Assembly: GCF_001194135.2 (NCBI RefSeq)
Contig: NC_068994.1
Location: 14,942,458 to 15,002,519, forward strand
Direction of reading: 5' to 3'
Length of the DNA: 60,062 nt
Origin: Octopus bimaculoides
Taxonomy: Eukaryota
Numbering within the stretch: position 1 is the stretch's first letter; each line of letters starts with the position of its first letter. Below the pieces are notes generated by a model. That model did not search any database and was not told where the DNA came from. It saw only the letters and a program-made list of their open reading frames with translations. Shown here piece by piece: positions 40,006 to 52,067 of the stretch. The translations under genes were made by a program, and so were the position numbers.

Positions 40006-40610
40006 TCTCACTTTTTGAAATCAGTTACTTTCAACCATTCTAACAAATAAACTTTGTATATTCATCAGACCAGAATTGTTCCTCTCAAACCAACGCAGAT
40101 CATCTGTTTAACAGCCATAAAATATCACATTTCTGACACAGGTTTTCGTAGAGACTGGCTTTCTTTCATACAGGGAAAGAGTTTCTATGTTTTGACAAGT
40201 GTTTATAGTTTCATGTGTTCACATGTGTTATTTATAACTATGTGTTATAAGCATGCGAAACATTTTCCTCAATAAAAAAGAATTTGAACTCAGAAGGTTC
40301 ATCTTCCTGAAAATATGTGAATATAAAGTATACAACTGATGTGAACCACTTTCTTAAATGGTTCATACCAACTCTCACAACACAAAAATTACTGAGAGAC
40401 TTAGAACATAATGACAATTTAAATCAATGATTCTCAACCCTTTTTTTACTATGGATTTCTTTGATTCCTATTTTACTTAGATGGACCCTTATGAACCATT
40501 CAATGTTTTAAAAAAATCTAACTATATTTTTATAATTAAATATCATTAGGAATTGTAAAAAAAATTGTTAAAATATTTTGTGAATTATAAGAGTATGACC
40601 AAGTTATTGC

Positions 40611-41020
40611 ATATTAATAGTTATCGCCAAGCCAACATAGCAGTCCAAAAAATAAGATGAATGCTGCCGTTGATTAGCTCCAAGAGGCCATTGCCTCTAG
40701 CTAGCTATGTGACACATGAACCTGTGTCCTTTATAACCTTCGAACAGGGGAGGTCAGCCGCTTCCCCTTGTTGGTCTGGCATCCACAGACTAGTTTCGGG
40801 GTATTGCCCCTTGTCAATGTAGAGCAGCCGAACCCAGCAGGCGTCGCTACTGACCGTCTGTACGAAGGTTATTTATCTAATTTCAGTGGAATACATCCAC
40901 TGGTTTTCAGAAATAGAGATATTAATATTTCTAAGTCTCTCTAAAGGAGACTATGGCAGCGGTACTGGATATTAATAGTTATCGCCAAGCCAACATGGCA
41001 GTCCAAAAAAAAAAAAGAAA
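40611..41020 (-). mobile_element. Retrozyme/Penelope-type non-coding retroelement: 358-nt unit plus about 45-nt terminal direct repeat
   Basis: atattaatagttatcgccaagccaacatRgcagtccaaaaaa at 40611 and 40969; 10-bp TSD aagttattgc at 40601-40610 and 41021-41030; contains a hammerhead; no ORF. Confidence 0.8.
40779..40825 (-). ncRNA. Type I hammerhead ribozyme, minimal helix III, U3-A8 core variant
   Basis: Minus strand GCUCUACA-UUGACAA-GGGG-CAAUA-CCCC-GAAAC-UA-GUC^UGUGGAUGC; helices I, II and III all pair; predicted cleavage between 40788 and 40787. Confidence 0.8.
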
Positions 41021-41794
41021 AAGTTATTGCAGATAAATCTTAACAACAAAATCTCATCTGGACCCTGGTTGAAAACCACTGATTTTAATAGATAAAAAAC
41101 AACACTTGATTATGATTATTTACAATTGATTATCTATCATTCTGCTTGCCCAAAAGAAACCAACTGGTGTTGGTTTGTTTACATCCTTGTAACTTAGCAT
41201 TTAACAACAGAGACTATTATCATAAGTACCAAGCTTTAAAAATATTATAAGTACTAGGGTTGATTTGTTTGACTAAACCCTTCAAGGTGGTGCCCCAGAA
41301 TGGCTGCAATCCAATGACTGAAACAAGTAAAAGATAATAAAAAAAAAAGATAAAGACATTTCCCTATTTTCACAATTACAACATATTTTAGTTGCTGACA
41401 AAATGTCTCACAATATTTACTCCACAACAATAAACACTAAAGTTAATTCAGTCAGTTACATTCATCTGTCACCTAAAAACTTGGTGGCTTTGTGTTTCAG
41501 ACATCTATATCACTTTAAGTTTTTCATATTTGAATGATATATTTGTATTTCAAGAAAGAATATAGAAAACAGTTACAGAGAATGTACAAGAATTATTATA
41601 CAAAGCATTCATTCATGCTAGGAGTTGGTGAATTGAACAAATGAAGCCCACAACACTAGTTAGGAAATATGTAGAATACTAAGTTAACGAGCGAGATGAT
41701 TATGGTAACACAGAAAAGCAAATAGAAGAATGCTTTAAAAACTTTTAAAAGACCCTTAGCAGAATAGATTTCCAACCATTTCATATCATATTTT

Positions 41795-42093
41795 TAAAGA
41801 TGCAAAGGAATTTTCTTTTTAATCTTTTGTTTCAGTCATTACACTGCTGCCATGCTGGGGCACTACCTTGAAGGATTTAGTTGAACAAATACATCCCAGT
41901 ATTTATATTCTTAAAGCCTGGTATTTATTCTATCGCTCGCTTTTTGCTGAACAGCTAGGCTACTGTGGTGTAAACAAACCAACACTCATTGTCAAGTGGT
42001 GTTGGTGGTGGACAAACACAAAGGCATGAACACATAGATATATATACATGCACACACACTCATACACACATATATATAAACATATATACACAG

Positions 42094-42143
<50 letters not shown>

Positions 42144-42492
42144 ATATACCCATATACATATATATACATACACATATATACCCATATACATATATATATA
42201 TACATACACATATATACCCACATACATATATATATATACATACACATATATACCCACATACATATATATACATACACATATATACCCATAAATCATAAAT
42301 ATATATATATATATATATATAGACACAGGATAAATTTCTTTCATTTTCTGTTTACCAGATTTATCTACAAGAATTTGGTTGGCCCAGAGCTATAGTAGAA
42401 GACACTTGCCCAGGGTTCCACAAAGTGGTACTGAACCTGGAACCATGTAGTTGGGGAACAAACTTCTTACCACACAGCCACACCTGCACCTG
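41795..42492 (-). mobile_element. SINE family A with an expanded internal micro/minisatellite
   Basis: A tail and head flank about 270 bp of TA/CA-derived repeats. Confidence 0.8.
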
Positions 42493-42725
42493 TAAACCCT
42501 TTTGATATCAACCCACCTGAAACCACCTCCATTTCTCTAATACAAACTTCCTACTTTAAAGTGAACTCAATTAAAAGCGTCTATGAAAATTTCATGTTGT
42601 TTCAAACACTTGCTTATTATTCACAGCTATTTTATGACAGCTATTTTACTAAATTCTTCACAATTTCCAAAATTACTAGAAACAAAGACTGTATTTTGAG
42701 AGAAATATGGTAACAGAAAGGTTAA
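42493..42725. mobile_element. Second piggyBac-type MITE family
   Basis: taaacccttttgatatcaa ... ggtaacagaaaggttaa termini; partial relative near 14587. Confidence 0.6.
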
Positions 42726-43734
42726 GGGAAAGTAGAATATAAATGCTTCAGTCAACATGGAGAATATCTCAGATGCTTATTGTACAGCCCCGGTAAGGAA
42801 TGCAATGTTAAATCAGCCACAATGGGATTTTTGCTTAAAAAAGCACAAAGCTACAAACTAAAAATTGCCATTGCCAAAGCAGACTCCCTAATATTAGTGC
42901 CTACTCCAATACCCTTCCACCCAAAGTCTAACTATAAATGTTTCTTGATATCTGATAGCAACCAGTATTTCTACTGGTTGAAATTTAATAGTACTTAGAA
43001 CCAGGAATGAGAATGAAAAGTCCAAATAAACACTGTATCAATAAACATCTAGAAAGGGAAATTCTGCTAAAAATAAAGTCAGAGGAATTTGGTAAGGGAA
43101 CTAGGTCACCATAGTGAATGGTGGGGAGTGGGAAATTACTAGACAAATGAGAAAAAAAAACAAAATCAAAATAAAGACAAACAAATGAAAATAATAAACA
43201 AAAAGTGAATACATTCAGTGAGGAAATGTAAAAGGAAAAGATGTATTTCTAAAATTCAATATTAGCAAAATATTTTCATAAATGAAGCAGGGTGATACTA
43301 AAGGGTAAAAAACAACTGTGTCTGGGAAAAGTTATTTGGTCAGAAAACAGAAGCTATAATGCCTCCATCACTGCATGGGTTAATAAATAAAGAGAGTGTA
43401 AGAAGCGATGTGATTCCGAAAGAAAACATTACACCAATGTCAAAATAAAGAACTGGGGAAACACCTGGTAAAGCCCATTATTTACTTATGGTTACTGGGT
43501 GAAAAAGTTAAGTTGGCTGCATGGAAAAAACCTTGCTGACCAGATGAAAAAGATTTATTACAGAGGAAATAGGCTTCTAACAAAGAAAACTCATGGAAGT
43601 TTGTGTGTGGCAGGAATCAATGGGGGTGACTGAGAGGAATCAGATGCATCCAATTATCGGTTGATCTAACATGTGGGGAAACTATAATGTGGATAAATTG
43701 AAGGTAAATTATATATAACCAGCTGAATGCATTT

Positions 43735-43993
43735 CTGAGGCACCCGTGCTGGTGACACATAAAGGGCACCCATGCCAGTGACATGTAAAAGAAATCTGCG
43801 CTGGTGACACATGCTGCTGACACCCAGCATGCTTTGTAAAATGGTTGGTATTAGGAAGGGCATCCAGTCATAGAAACCAAGCCAAAACAGATGACTGAAG
43901 CGTGGTGCAGCCCTCCAGGCTACCAGCTCTAGTCAAATCGTCTAACCCATGCCAGCATTGAAAACAAATGTTAAGTGATGATGATGACGATGA
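43735..43993 (+). mobile_element. Family D retroposon with short tandem 5' modules
   Basis: Repeated gcacccRtgcYRgtgacac.t.aa units, then the D body and (GAT)n tail. Confidence 0.75.
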
Positions 43994-44407
43994 TATAAAA
44001 TGGAAACAAATACAATTCTAGAGTGATGAAGTATGAATTATAAATCTGAAAAACAAAAACAAAAAAAAAAAGCCTTTGCCATGATTAAGAATATAGTAAT
44101 TTTAAATGTTTAAAAGCAAATAATATCAATTAGAGGACATACTTATCTGAACTCAAAATGCCAACTCTTCAGTTAAAAAAATAAGAAACGTACTGCTAAT
44201 TAGAATGGTAGGTATTTTATAATCATGGAAAACAATGTGGAACTTATTATGAAGCATTACATGTACATGGATAGACACCGTAAAACTACTTGGTAGAATA
44301 GTAGAAAATAAACCTTCAATTAGACCAAATAGGTTTCAGTCCCAGTTTAATAACTTTTTATTCATAGACTATCAGAAGGAAAGGTGGAGGCATGTGACTT
44401 AGTGGTT

Positions 44408-45215
44408 CAATGTTTCTCAACTTTTTTACCTTTGCAACAACCCCTAAAATAAATTACATATCTCAAGGAACCCCTGCATAAAATAAAATCATATACCATA
44501 TCTTTCTCATATTTTTTTCATCGTTATTCACACAGTCTCTTCTATCTTTTCTCTTTTCAAAGAAAATATTTCTCCTAGCGTTCACTATTTTCCTCTCGTT
44601 CTGGTCTAACAACCCTCCACATTTGTTTTCGTTCTGGTCTAACAACCCTCCACATTTGTTTTCGTTCGGTCTCCTTGTATGTCTCCACTGTCCTGTTTTT
44701 GTTCCCAACTTTGACCCTCCATAAATCCTAAATTTTATTTTGGAATTCATGGGAGCAACTGTCTTTGAAGACTCATATTGTCGTTGAATGCTCGAAATGA
44801 GGAGTTGATAGACAGCTGACAATTGATGATTGGTCATTTCTGTGCTTACTTGTCCTGTTTTCCATTTGTTTCTCTCGCTGTTTACGTATTGAACTTGTTT
44901 GTCTACGTATTTCATATTGTTTACACAGTTGGTGATGTCCTATACACACGCACACGCACACACACACACACACACATATATATAGGGTATCCATAAATTA
45001 CAGACATCACTAACTATATCCCCAATGGTTGTTATATTGTTATATTTTTTTGATAACATAATAGGTTAGATAGGATGATGTCTATATTGCAGTATTACAA
45101 TGACCAATATGTTGTGCAAGTATAGTAATATTACCATCATAAAATTAGCATTAGCATATCTCACTCTTTCTCGCGGAACCCCAGGGTTCCAAGGAACCCT
45201 GGTTGAAAAACGCTT
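44408..45215. mobile_element. hAT-like non-autonomous element inside a family E-type SINE
   Basis: Ends caatgtttctcaac / ggttgaaaaacgct with ggaacccc subterminal motifs; internal 33-bp direct repeat near 44598-44665; SINE head before and SINE body after; TSD not clear. Confidence 0.55.
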
Positions 45216-45831
45216 GTTGGGCTCATGACTGTAAGATTGTGGTTTTGATTCTTGGACCGTTTTCTTGAGTGAAACCATCTCATATTGCTCCAGTCCACTC
45301 AGCTGGCAAAAATGAGTAATCCTGCGACAGACAAGCATCCCATCCAGGAGGGGAATTTATATACCATGGAAACCGGGAAACTGGCCCTATGAGTCTGTAT
45401 GACTTGGGAAGGATTTTTATTCATTATCCTATCAGAAGGATAGACATTTCTAGGGAGCCTCTATGAAGTTGTTTAAACTGCTAGAAATGTCAGCCAAATC
45501 TCCCTCAAATTTACATCTAAATGTCTTAAAAAAGGAGAAAAGAAACATTTGATGATGTAGTTCTAGACACATGCTAACTGATCAGATATGATGGTCATGG
45601 CTGGAACATCCTTCAATATAGGATGGTTCTATGAAGGTTGACCCAGGACTAAACAGCAACATATGTATTCTTTAGATAATTTCAGCTTAACAATAAATCA
45701 ATTAGCCAATAGCTTAATTATGCAGTAGAAATATGAAGAATAGATACAAATGCAGAAAAATTAGATTAAAAAATAAATTGAAGAAAGAAAAGAACTTGTT
45801 GTGAAACAACTATTCAGATATTGAAGATATT

Positions 45832-46061
45832 TATTTCTTTATTGCCCACAAGGGGCTAAACATAGAGGGGACAAACAAGGACAGACAAAGGGATTAAGTC
45901 GATTAGATCGACCCCAATGCATAACTGGTACTTATTTAATCGACCCCGAAAGGATGAAAGACAAAGTCGACCTCGGTGGAATTTGAACTCAGAACGTAGC
46001 AGCAGACGAAATACCGCTAAGCATTTCGTCCGGCGTGCTAACGTTTCTACCAGCTCACCGC
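45832..46061 (-). mobile_element. SINE family C, full length
   Basis: 19-bp TSD ttcagatattgaagatatt at 45813-45831 and 46062-46080. Confidence 0.92.
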
Positions 46062-47404
46062 TTCAGATATTGAAGATATTGAGAAACAATGATGCAAGGA
46101 GATATAGCCAGCTGAATCAACCCAGAGTCTGCTTGATATTTATTTCATCAAACCCAAAAGAATTAAAGGTTCAATCGGCATTTGCAGGATTTGAACTACT
46201 AGTAAAGAGGAATATAACTAAATGCTATATAAATCATTTCAGTTCCAGCACTGCAGTTTCTACCACTTCCTCTGCCTCCAATGCATTAAAACTGTGAAAA
46301 TACAACAAACATGTCGATATATCCCAAATAAATGGATCTGGGTCAAGAAAGAAAATAAGACTATACAAAATAACGTATACAGGGAAAAGTTCAATGCTCT
46401 GAAGCAAATTCAGCAGAATCAATGAGAGACTGAACAAAGATGGCTTAGATTCTATTAACTTAGATCAATTACTGGCTTTATAGCATCCATTATCTGCTAT
46501 GTATATAAACTTGGAATCTAGAATGAAAACAAAATAAAGTCATGAACCAAAGTAGCAGAAGACTTCAAAGATAACTAGTTAAGATCAACAAGCCAACCTG
46601 CAATTGCATTGTTGCATGAAGGAAATAAAGCATCACCACTAAAGAAGAATTTGCATTTCAAGTAAATAAACAACACACACACGAAGAAAATAAGAGACTA
46701 CGATTTTCTATTTGATGTAAATTCTTTAATTTATTATACTTTGTGAGCTAAAATGTTTGATGTTCAAAACTTAAGAGCCTGTAAATTCCATATATGGTAA
46801 AGTGGCTACTCCATATATTGTAGATGCTGCACTGAAATCAAAATTCTAGAAGGAAACTTCAAGTTCAGAAACATCTTATCTTTAAACTGAACTATCTCAA
46901 AAAGGTAATTAAAAAACAAAAAAATCAAACAAAATCCTTGAATGAATCTAAAAATCTTAGGGTTTTGAATAAATCATTGATCATAGAAAATTATCTGAGA
47001 GAGAAAGAAAAATCATTGTACAAAAATATCAAGACAACTGAGCTTAAATTTAAAACCAGGTAATTCATAAGAAATAATGAGTAAAACTACCAAATAGAAT
47101 CTACAACATTTAAATTACACAGTGAAATACATTTAACAGCAAGCTAAGTGATTTTTATATGCCCACTTTATATTTATTATTTTATATTTGTAATAATACA
47201 AGAATGAAAATATTCAAAATGCAGAAAGCTATTTTAAAAAAGTAAGGCTTGGAATTTAAAGGAGATGATGAAAACAGGAAGAGATGGAGAAGTCATGAAT
47301 TTGCTTCTTCAGCAAGACTCCTGCGCCTGTCCCTCTATCATGCTTTCTTATCTCTCAGTACTGTTCCCTACTGAGTTGAAGGATCTTGTCTTGCAAGTAC
47401 TTGG

Positions 47405-47612
47405 TGACCTCACCAGTGCTGGCGCCATGAAAAATGCACCCACTGTACTCTGTGAAATGGTTGGCATCAGCAAGGACATCCAGCTAGACAAATGATGCCA
47501 AAGCAAACATTGGGAGGACTCAGTGCAGCCTTCTGGATTGTCAGTTCATGTGAAACCATCCAACTCGTGTCAGCATGGAAAAAGGGACGTTAAATGATGA
47601 TGACAATGATAA
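47405..47612 (+). mobile_element. Family D retroposon, degenerate
   Basis: ggttggcatcagcaaggacatccagc...ggacgttaaatgatgatgac. Confidence 0.7.
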
Positions 47613-47676
47613 TGAATGTATTTTCTAAGAAATCAATAGATTACTGCAGAGCAAAGTGTCTATAAAAAAAAAAGAA

Positions 47677-48047
47677 TGCTTTACACCAACCACTGAACTG
47701 GACGACACTGCATAATAATACCAATGATGCCATCTTCTCCATTTCGAATAAGAACCCAGTACTGCGACAGCTGGGGTTTCAGAGAACCACAACTGTTTAA
47801 CATCCTGCCAAGCAAACTCAGAGATTTGCAAGGTGCAGATGTGGAGACCTCCAAAAAGCATCAGGACAAATTTCTATCTGAAATCCCAGACGAATCCCAT
47901 ATTACAGCAGGAGGCACAAAGAAGAGTGACTCTGTCCAACTCACTTCTTTGTCAAAACAGTACAGAAAGGAAACGCAAACACACTGAATGACGGTGCTCC
48001 AGCATGGCCCCAGCCTTTGGCTGAAACCAGTAAAAGATAAAAGATAA
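47677..48047 (+). mobile_element. 3' end of a CR1/L2-group LINE (ORF2 C-terminus and 3' tail)
   Basis: TGRHC...RTQYCDSWGFREPQLFNILPSKLRDLQGADVETSKKHQDKFLSEIPDE resembles CR1/L2 ORF2 C-termini; followed by acggtgctccagcatggcc...ctgaaaccagtaaaagataaaagata. Confidence 0.72.
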
Positions 48048-48658
48048 ACATTTCAATCACCGTGATCACTAAAAAAAATCAAGATGAACCATATCTTTAA
48101 CTTAAACATCTTTCTTCGATTTAACATTGAACTCGAAAGTTATTAATCGTTTGTTGTTGTTCAATGTTTCAACATCCTTCTCTATGTCAGCCAATGTTGT
48201 TTGTAGCACTAATCTAATTAAAAAAAGAAATTATTCCTTGAAAGAAACAAGGGTAAATAAATATTTATATCATTAAAAAAAAAATTCTTTAAAGAGAAAA
48301 ACATCTCATTTCTTTCTTAAGCTTAATTCTTTATGCAATTCATATATTTGGCCTTAGCCTTGAGGCTTGGTTTATCAGCTTGTATTTCAAGATATGTACA
48401 AACTCTATTGCTAATACAGCCACAAATTTTCAAAAGCTAACAACCGAGACTCTCCTTACAAAATACAACTTGCACACTCTGAGAGAGAGAGAGAGAGAGA
48501 GGGAGGAAAATCTTGAAGATTGGATGAAAGAGAAGAAAAATAAAATAAAAGGAAAAGAAAAAAAACAGTAAAGGAATAAAAAAAAAAAAAAATCAGAACA
48601 TCAAACAGAATAATTAAATACAAATGTAAAGTTGGAAGTGAAGCCAAGCAATGCTTAC

Positions 48659-48914
48659 TGTTGATAATTTTAATATTTAGCAGATACACTTCTATAAGAA
48701 AGTGTTCCACTAAGCAGTTAGCTATTAAGTACATTATACAACTAATCAAATTAGCAGTCCAAATATATCAGCGATTCCCCTCCAATTCCCCAGCACTGCC
48801 TCTCCTTTCAGTCAAATCTGTACAAGGGGAATAGACTCTCACTGGTTGTTTTGTCTGCATTCAGCAGTCAATGGAACTTGAGCGGTTATGAGTCTGTCTC
48901 TTCAAGCGCAGTGC
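48659..48914 (-). other. Candidate non-coding (5'UTR) exon, 256 nt
   Basis: Acceptor attttttattcag|G and donor ACA|gtaagc; only short uORFs; lies in a CpG-retaining zone. Confidence 0.4.
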
Positions 48915-49741
48915 CTGAATAAAAAATACTCGATTCTATTATCAATAGAGCCTCAGGGTTCGGATGAAATTATCCTGTCTAGCCCAAATCCATATAAAAA
49001 AAAAAGTGAAATTAGTAGCAAAATATATTTTTAAACACACACACACACACACACACGTGTGCACACACAGCTATAAGCTATTGAAACGTACATGAAAACG
49101 TTGAAAAGAATGAGGTTTTCAGACAAAAAGTAAAATATCCCCAGGCCTAAATAGTAACAAAATTATAAAAACCAAAAAGCGAAAAATAATTATAATGTTT
49201 TAGGAGAACGTTGTGGTTAAGTTTGAAAATAGAGGGGAAAAAAAACCCCCAAAAAAACCCTAATGAAAAACCACTTACCTGAAATAATCACACCAAGCAA
49301 AATAAAATAATAATAATAAAGAAAGATTATATATACAAAAAAAAAGCAAACAGCCGTTGTCCTTCATATGACCTATGCACTTACATACCTGCTCTATTCA
49401 AAGTATTAATCCTTTTTGTAAGAGTGCCCTATATCTGTCAAACAATTAGGCCAGTAAGAAGTGCCCTGCTGTGGCTCTTCTAAGTGTCTACAGTGTGAGT
49501 TTACTTAAGACTCTTGACTATGACTAATATCAGCAAATATTGCACAATAGTAACCCTGCCAACAACTAAATACTTAACTGTTGCTAAAATAATTGAAAGC
49601 AGGAATAGCAGATGGTTGTCAGTGGTGCAGTAGAAGTGGGTGGGGGAGAGAGAAAGATTAAATAAATTAACATTTTCTGAAACTAGTTTGTTGATATGTG
49701 CATGAACAAATTCAAAGCCACAGTGAAATAAGATAGGTGTT

Positions 49742-49774
<33 letters not shown>

Positions 49775-50651
49775 GAAAAACAAAAAAAACGAAATAAAAC
49801 AAAAATAAAGGCCTCCACCCCTCGTACCTTACCCCAGAATGTCTTATATTTTTTTGTTTTTAAATAGAGAGAACCAATTCCAAACTAGCACTAAATTATT
49901 TGACATTTACCATACATGAGAAGACTTCTTCGATATTATTTAGATATTTTTTCAAGGGAGCTGGGGGGTGGGGTGGGGGTACCGACACCAGGCCAAAAAT
50001 AAACAAACAAACGAGTAAATAAAATCTTGAAGTAAGTATAAAAAACTTAGAAATGAGAAAAACATGATACCTCCCATCACGAGAAAAAACCTTCCTAGAG
50101 CATTTAAAAGATCAACCAAAACATCAAAAGCCAGCATCTTTCACACACACACACGCATAGGGATTTTGATTTTTTTTAATGAGAATTGGAAGCAAGTGTA
50201 AAATCCCTCAAAATAAATCCCAAATGACAAATGGCTATATCAGGATTACTCAACAGATGATATTTGTTATAACAAAAAANNNNNNNNNNNNNNNNNNNNN
50301 NNNNNNNNNNNNNNNNNNNNNNNNNNNNNNNNNNNNNNNNNNNNNNNNNNNNNNNNNNNNNNNNNNNNNNNNNNNNNNNNNNNNNNNNNNNNNNNNNNNN
50401 NNNNNNNNNNNNNNNNNNNNNNNNNNNNNNNNNNNNNNNNNNNNNNNNNNNNNNNNNNNNNNNNNNNNNNNNNNNNNNNNNNNNNNNNNNNNNNNNNNNN
50501 NNNNNNNNNNNNNNNNNNNNNNNNNNNNNNNNNNNNNNNNNNNNNNNNNNNNNNNNNNNNNNNNNNNNNNNNNNNNNNNNNNNNNNNNNNNNNNNNNNNN
50601 NNNNNNNNNNNNNNNNNNNNNNNNNNNNNNNNNNNNNNNNNNNNNNNNNNN

Positions 50652-50659
<8 letters not shown>

Positions 50660-50694
<35 letters not shown>

Positions 50695-50900
50695 TGAGTG
50701 TTTGTCCTCCACCACTGCTTAACAACAGGTGTTGATGTGTTTACATCCCCATAAACTAGCAGTTCTGCAAAAAAGAGACCAATAGACTAAGTACCAGGCT
50801 TAAAGGTAAACAAGTACTGGAGTTGATTCATTTGACTGAAAATTCTCCAAGGTGGTGCCCCAGCATGGCCACAGCCTAATGACTGAAACAAGTCGAAGTA
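50660..50900 (+). mobile_element. SINE family A, 3' half after a gap
   Basis: (GT)n then tttgtcctcc...ggtgccccagcatggccacagcctaatgactgaaacaag. Confidence 0.8.
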
Positions 50901-52067
50901 AAAAAACAAAAGAAAAGAAAAGAAAAAGAAATGCTGCTGCATTCGAGATTATGAAACTTGCCTATCCATCTTATTACCACTGGTGCTCATCATATATGTG
51001 TTTGCTCATTTGAGCACATCAGATATCCATACTGCCATAGAACAATCCTTTCTCTCTTTTATAACTCTGTTTCCCCACTGCATTATAGACAGCATTTTGC
51101 CACCTTCCAGTCAGAGTTAATCATATTAACTTAACCCCTCTCTCTCTCTCTCTCTCTCTCCATACTTAACAGGTACCCAACTCTTATTGCTCCTACTTCA
51201 ATACCATGCAGCTCAAAGCTTTCATACACATGAAAGCTAGAAAGAGACTTTTATTAACAATATAGATAGAAACTTCAGAAGGTTCTTTCCTGTCATGACA
51301 ATATATGTCACTACAATGTGCTTGCCTACCAGCATTGATTACCACTCCCTGCTGTTAATAGTTTTTGCATGTTTCCTATACAACTGAATTTTCTAATCTC
51401 TGGGAAATTCCATTAAAGTCCCCTCAAAAATGAATATCCTTGCATTTCTTGAATTCTCTCTGATTAGTTTATCTTGCAATAGATCCATCCAATCTATTTA
51501 TATATATATATATATATATNNNNNNNNNNNNNNNNNNNNNNNNNNNNNNNNNNNNNNNNNNNNNNNNNNNNNNNNNNNNNNNNNNNNNNNNNNNNNNNNN
51601 NNNNNNNNNNNNNNNNNNNNNNNNNNNNNNNNNNNNNNNNNNNNNNNNNNNNNNNNNNNNNNNNNNNNNNNNATATTTAGCAAAGCCCTCTCTCTTTTTT
51701 TCTCTCTCTCCTCCAGTTACCAGAATGTAGAGATGATTAGTGTTTGCAATGCGCAGTCAAAGGTACCTTTTGATCTGAAAAGGCAAAATGTTAACCACAA
51801 GGAAATCATAAAGCTAATTCAGCTTATTATTAAATAAATTATAAGGTCAGATAGATACAGATTCCTACCAATGAATCATCTTATTTATTGTTAGAATGAA
51901 TGAAAAAAACCAAAAAAGAAAGAAAAATATACCAAAGTGATAAAGATGATTTTTTTTTCAGAGAATTAATTTTACATATTCTTACAAAACAACAAAAAAA
52001 AAAAAGGAAAAAAGTTAATTGGAATTTTGTATTTGTGAATTAACCTCCAAAGATGACTTTTATTATT

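Larger units (their letters stand above)
40425..41081. mobile_element. hAT (Charlie-type) MITE hosting the hammerhead element
   Basis: TIRs caatgattctcaacc / ggttgaaaaccactg; flanks atttaaat and attttaat (7/8 match, 8-bp hAT-type TSD). Confidence 0.75.
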
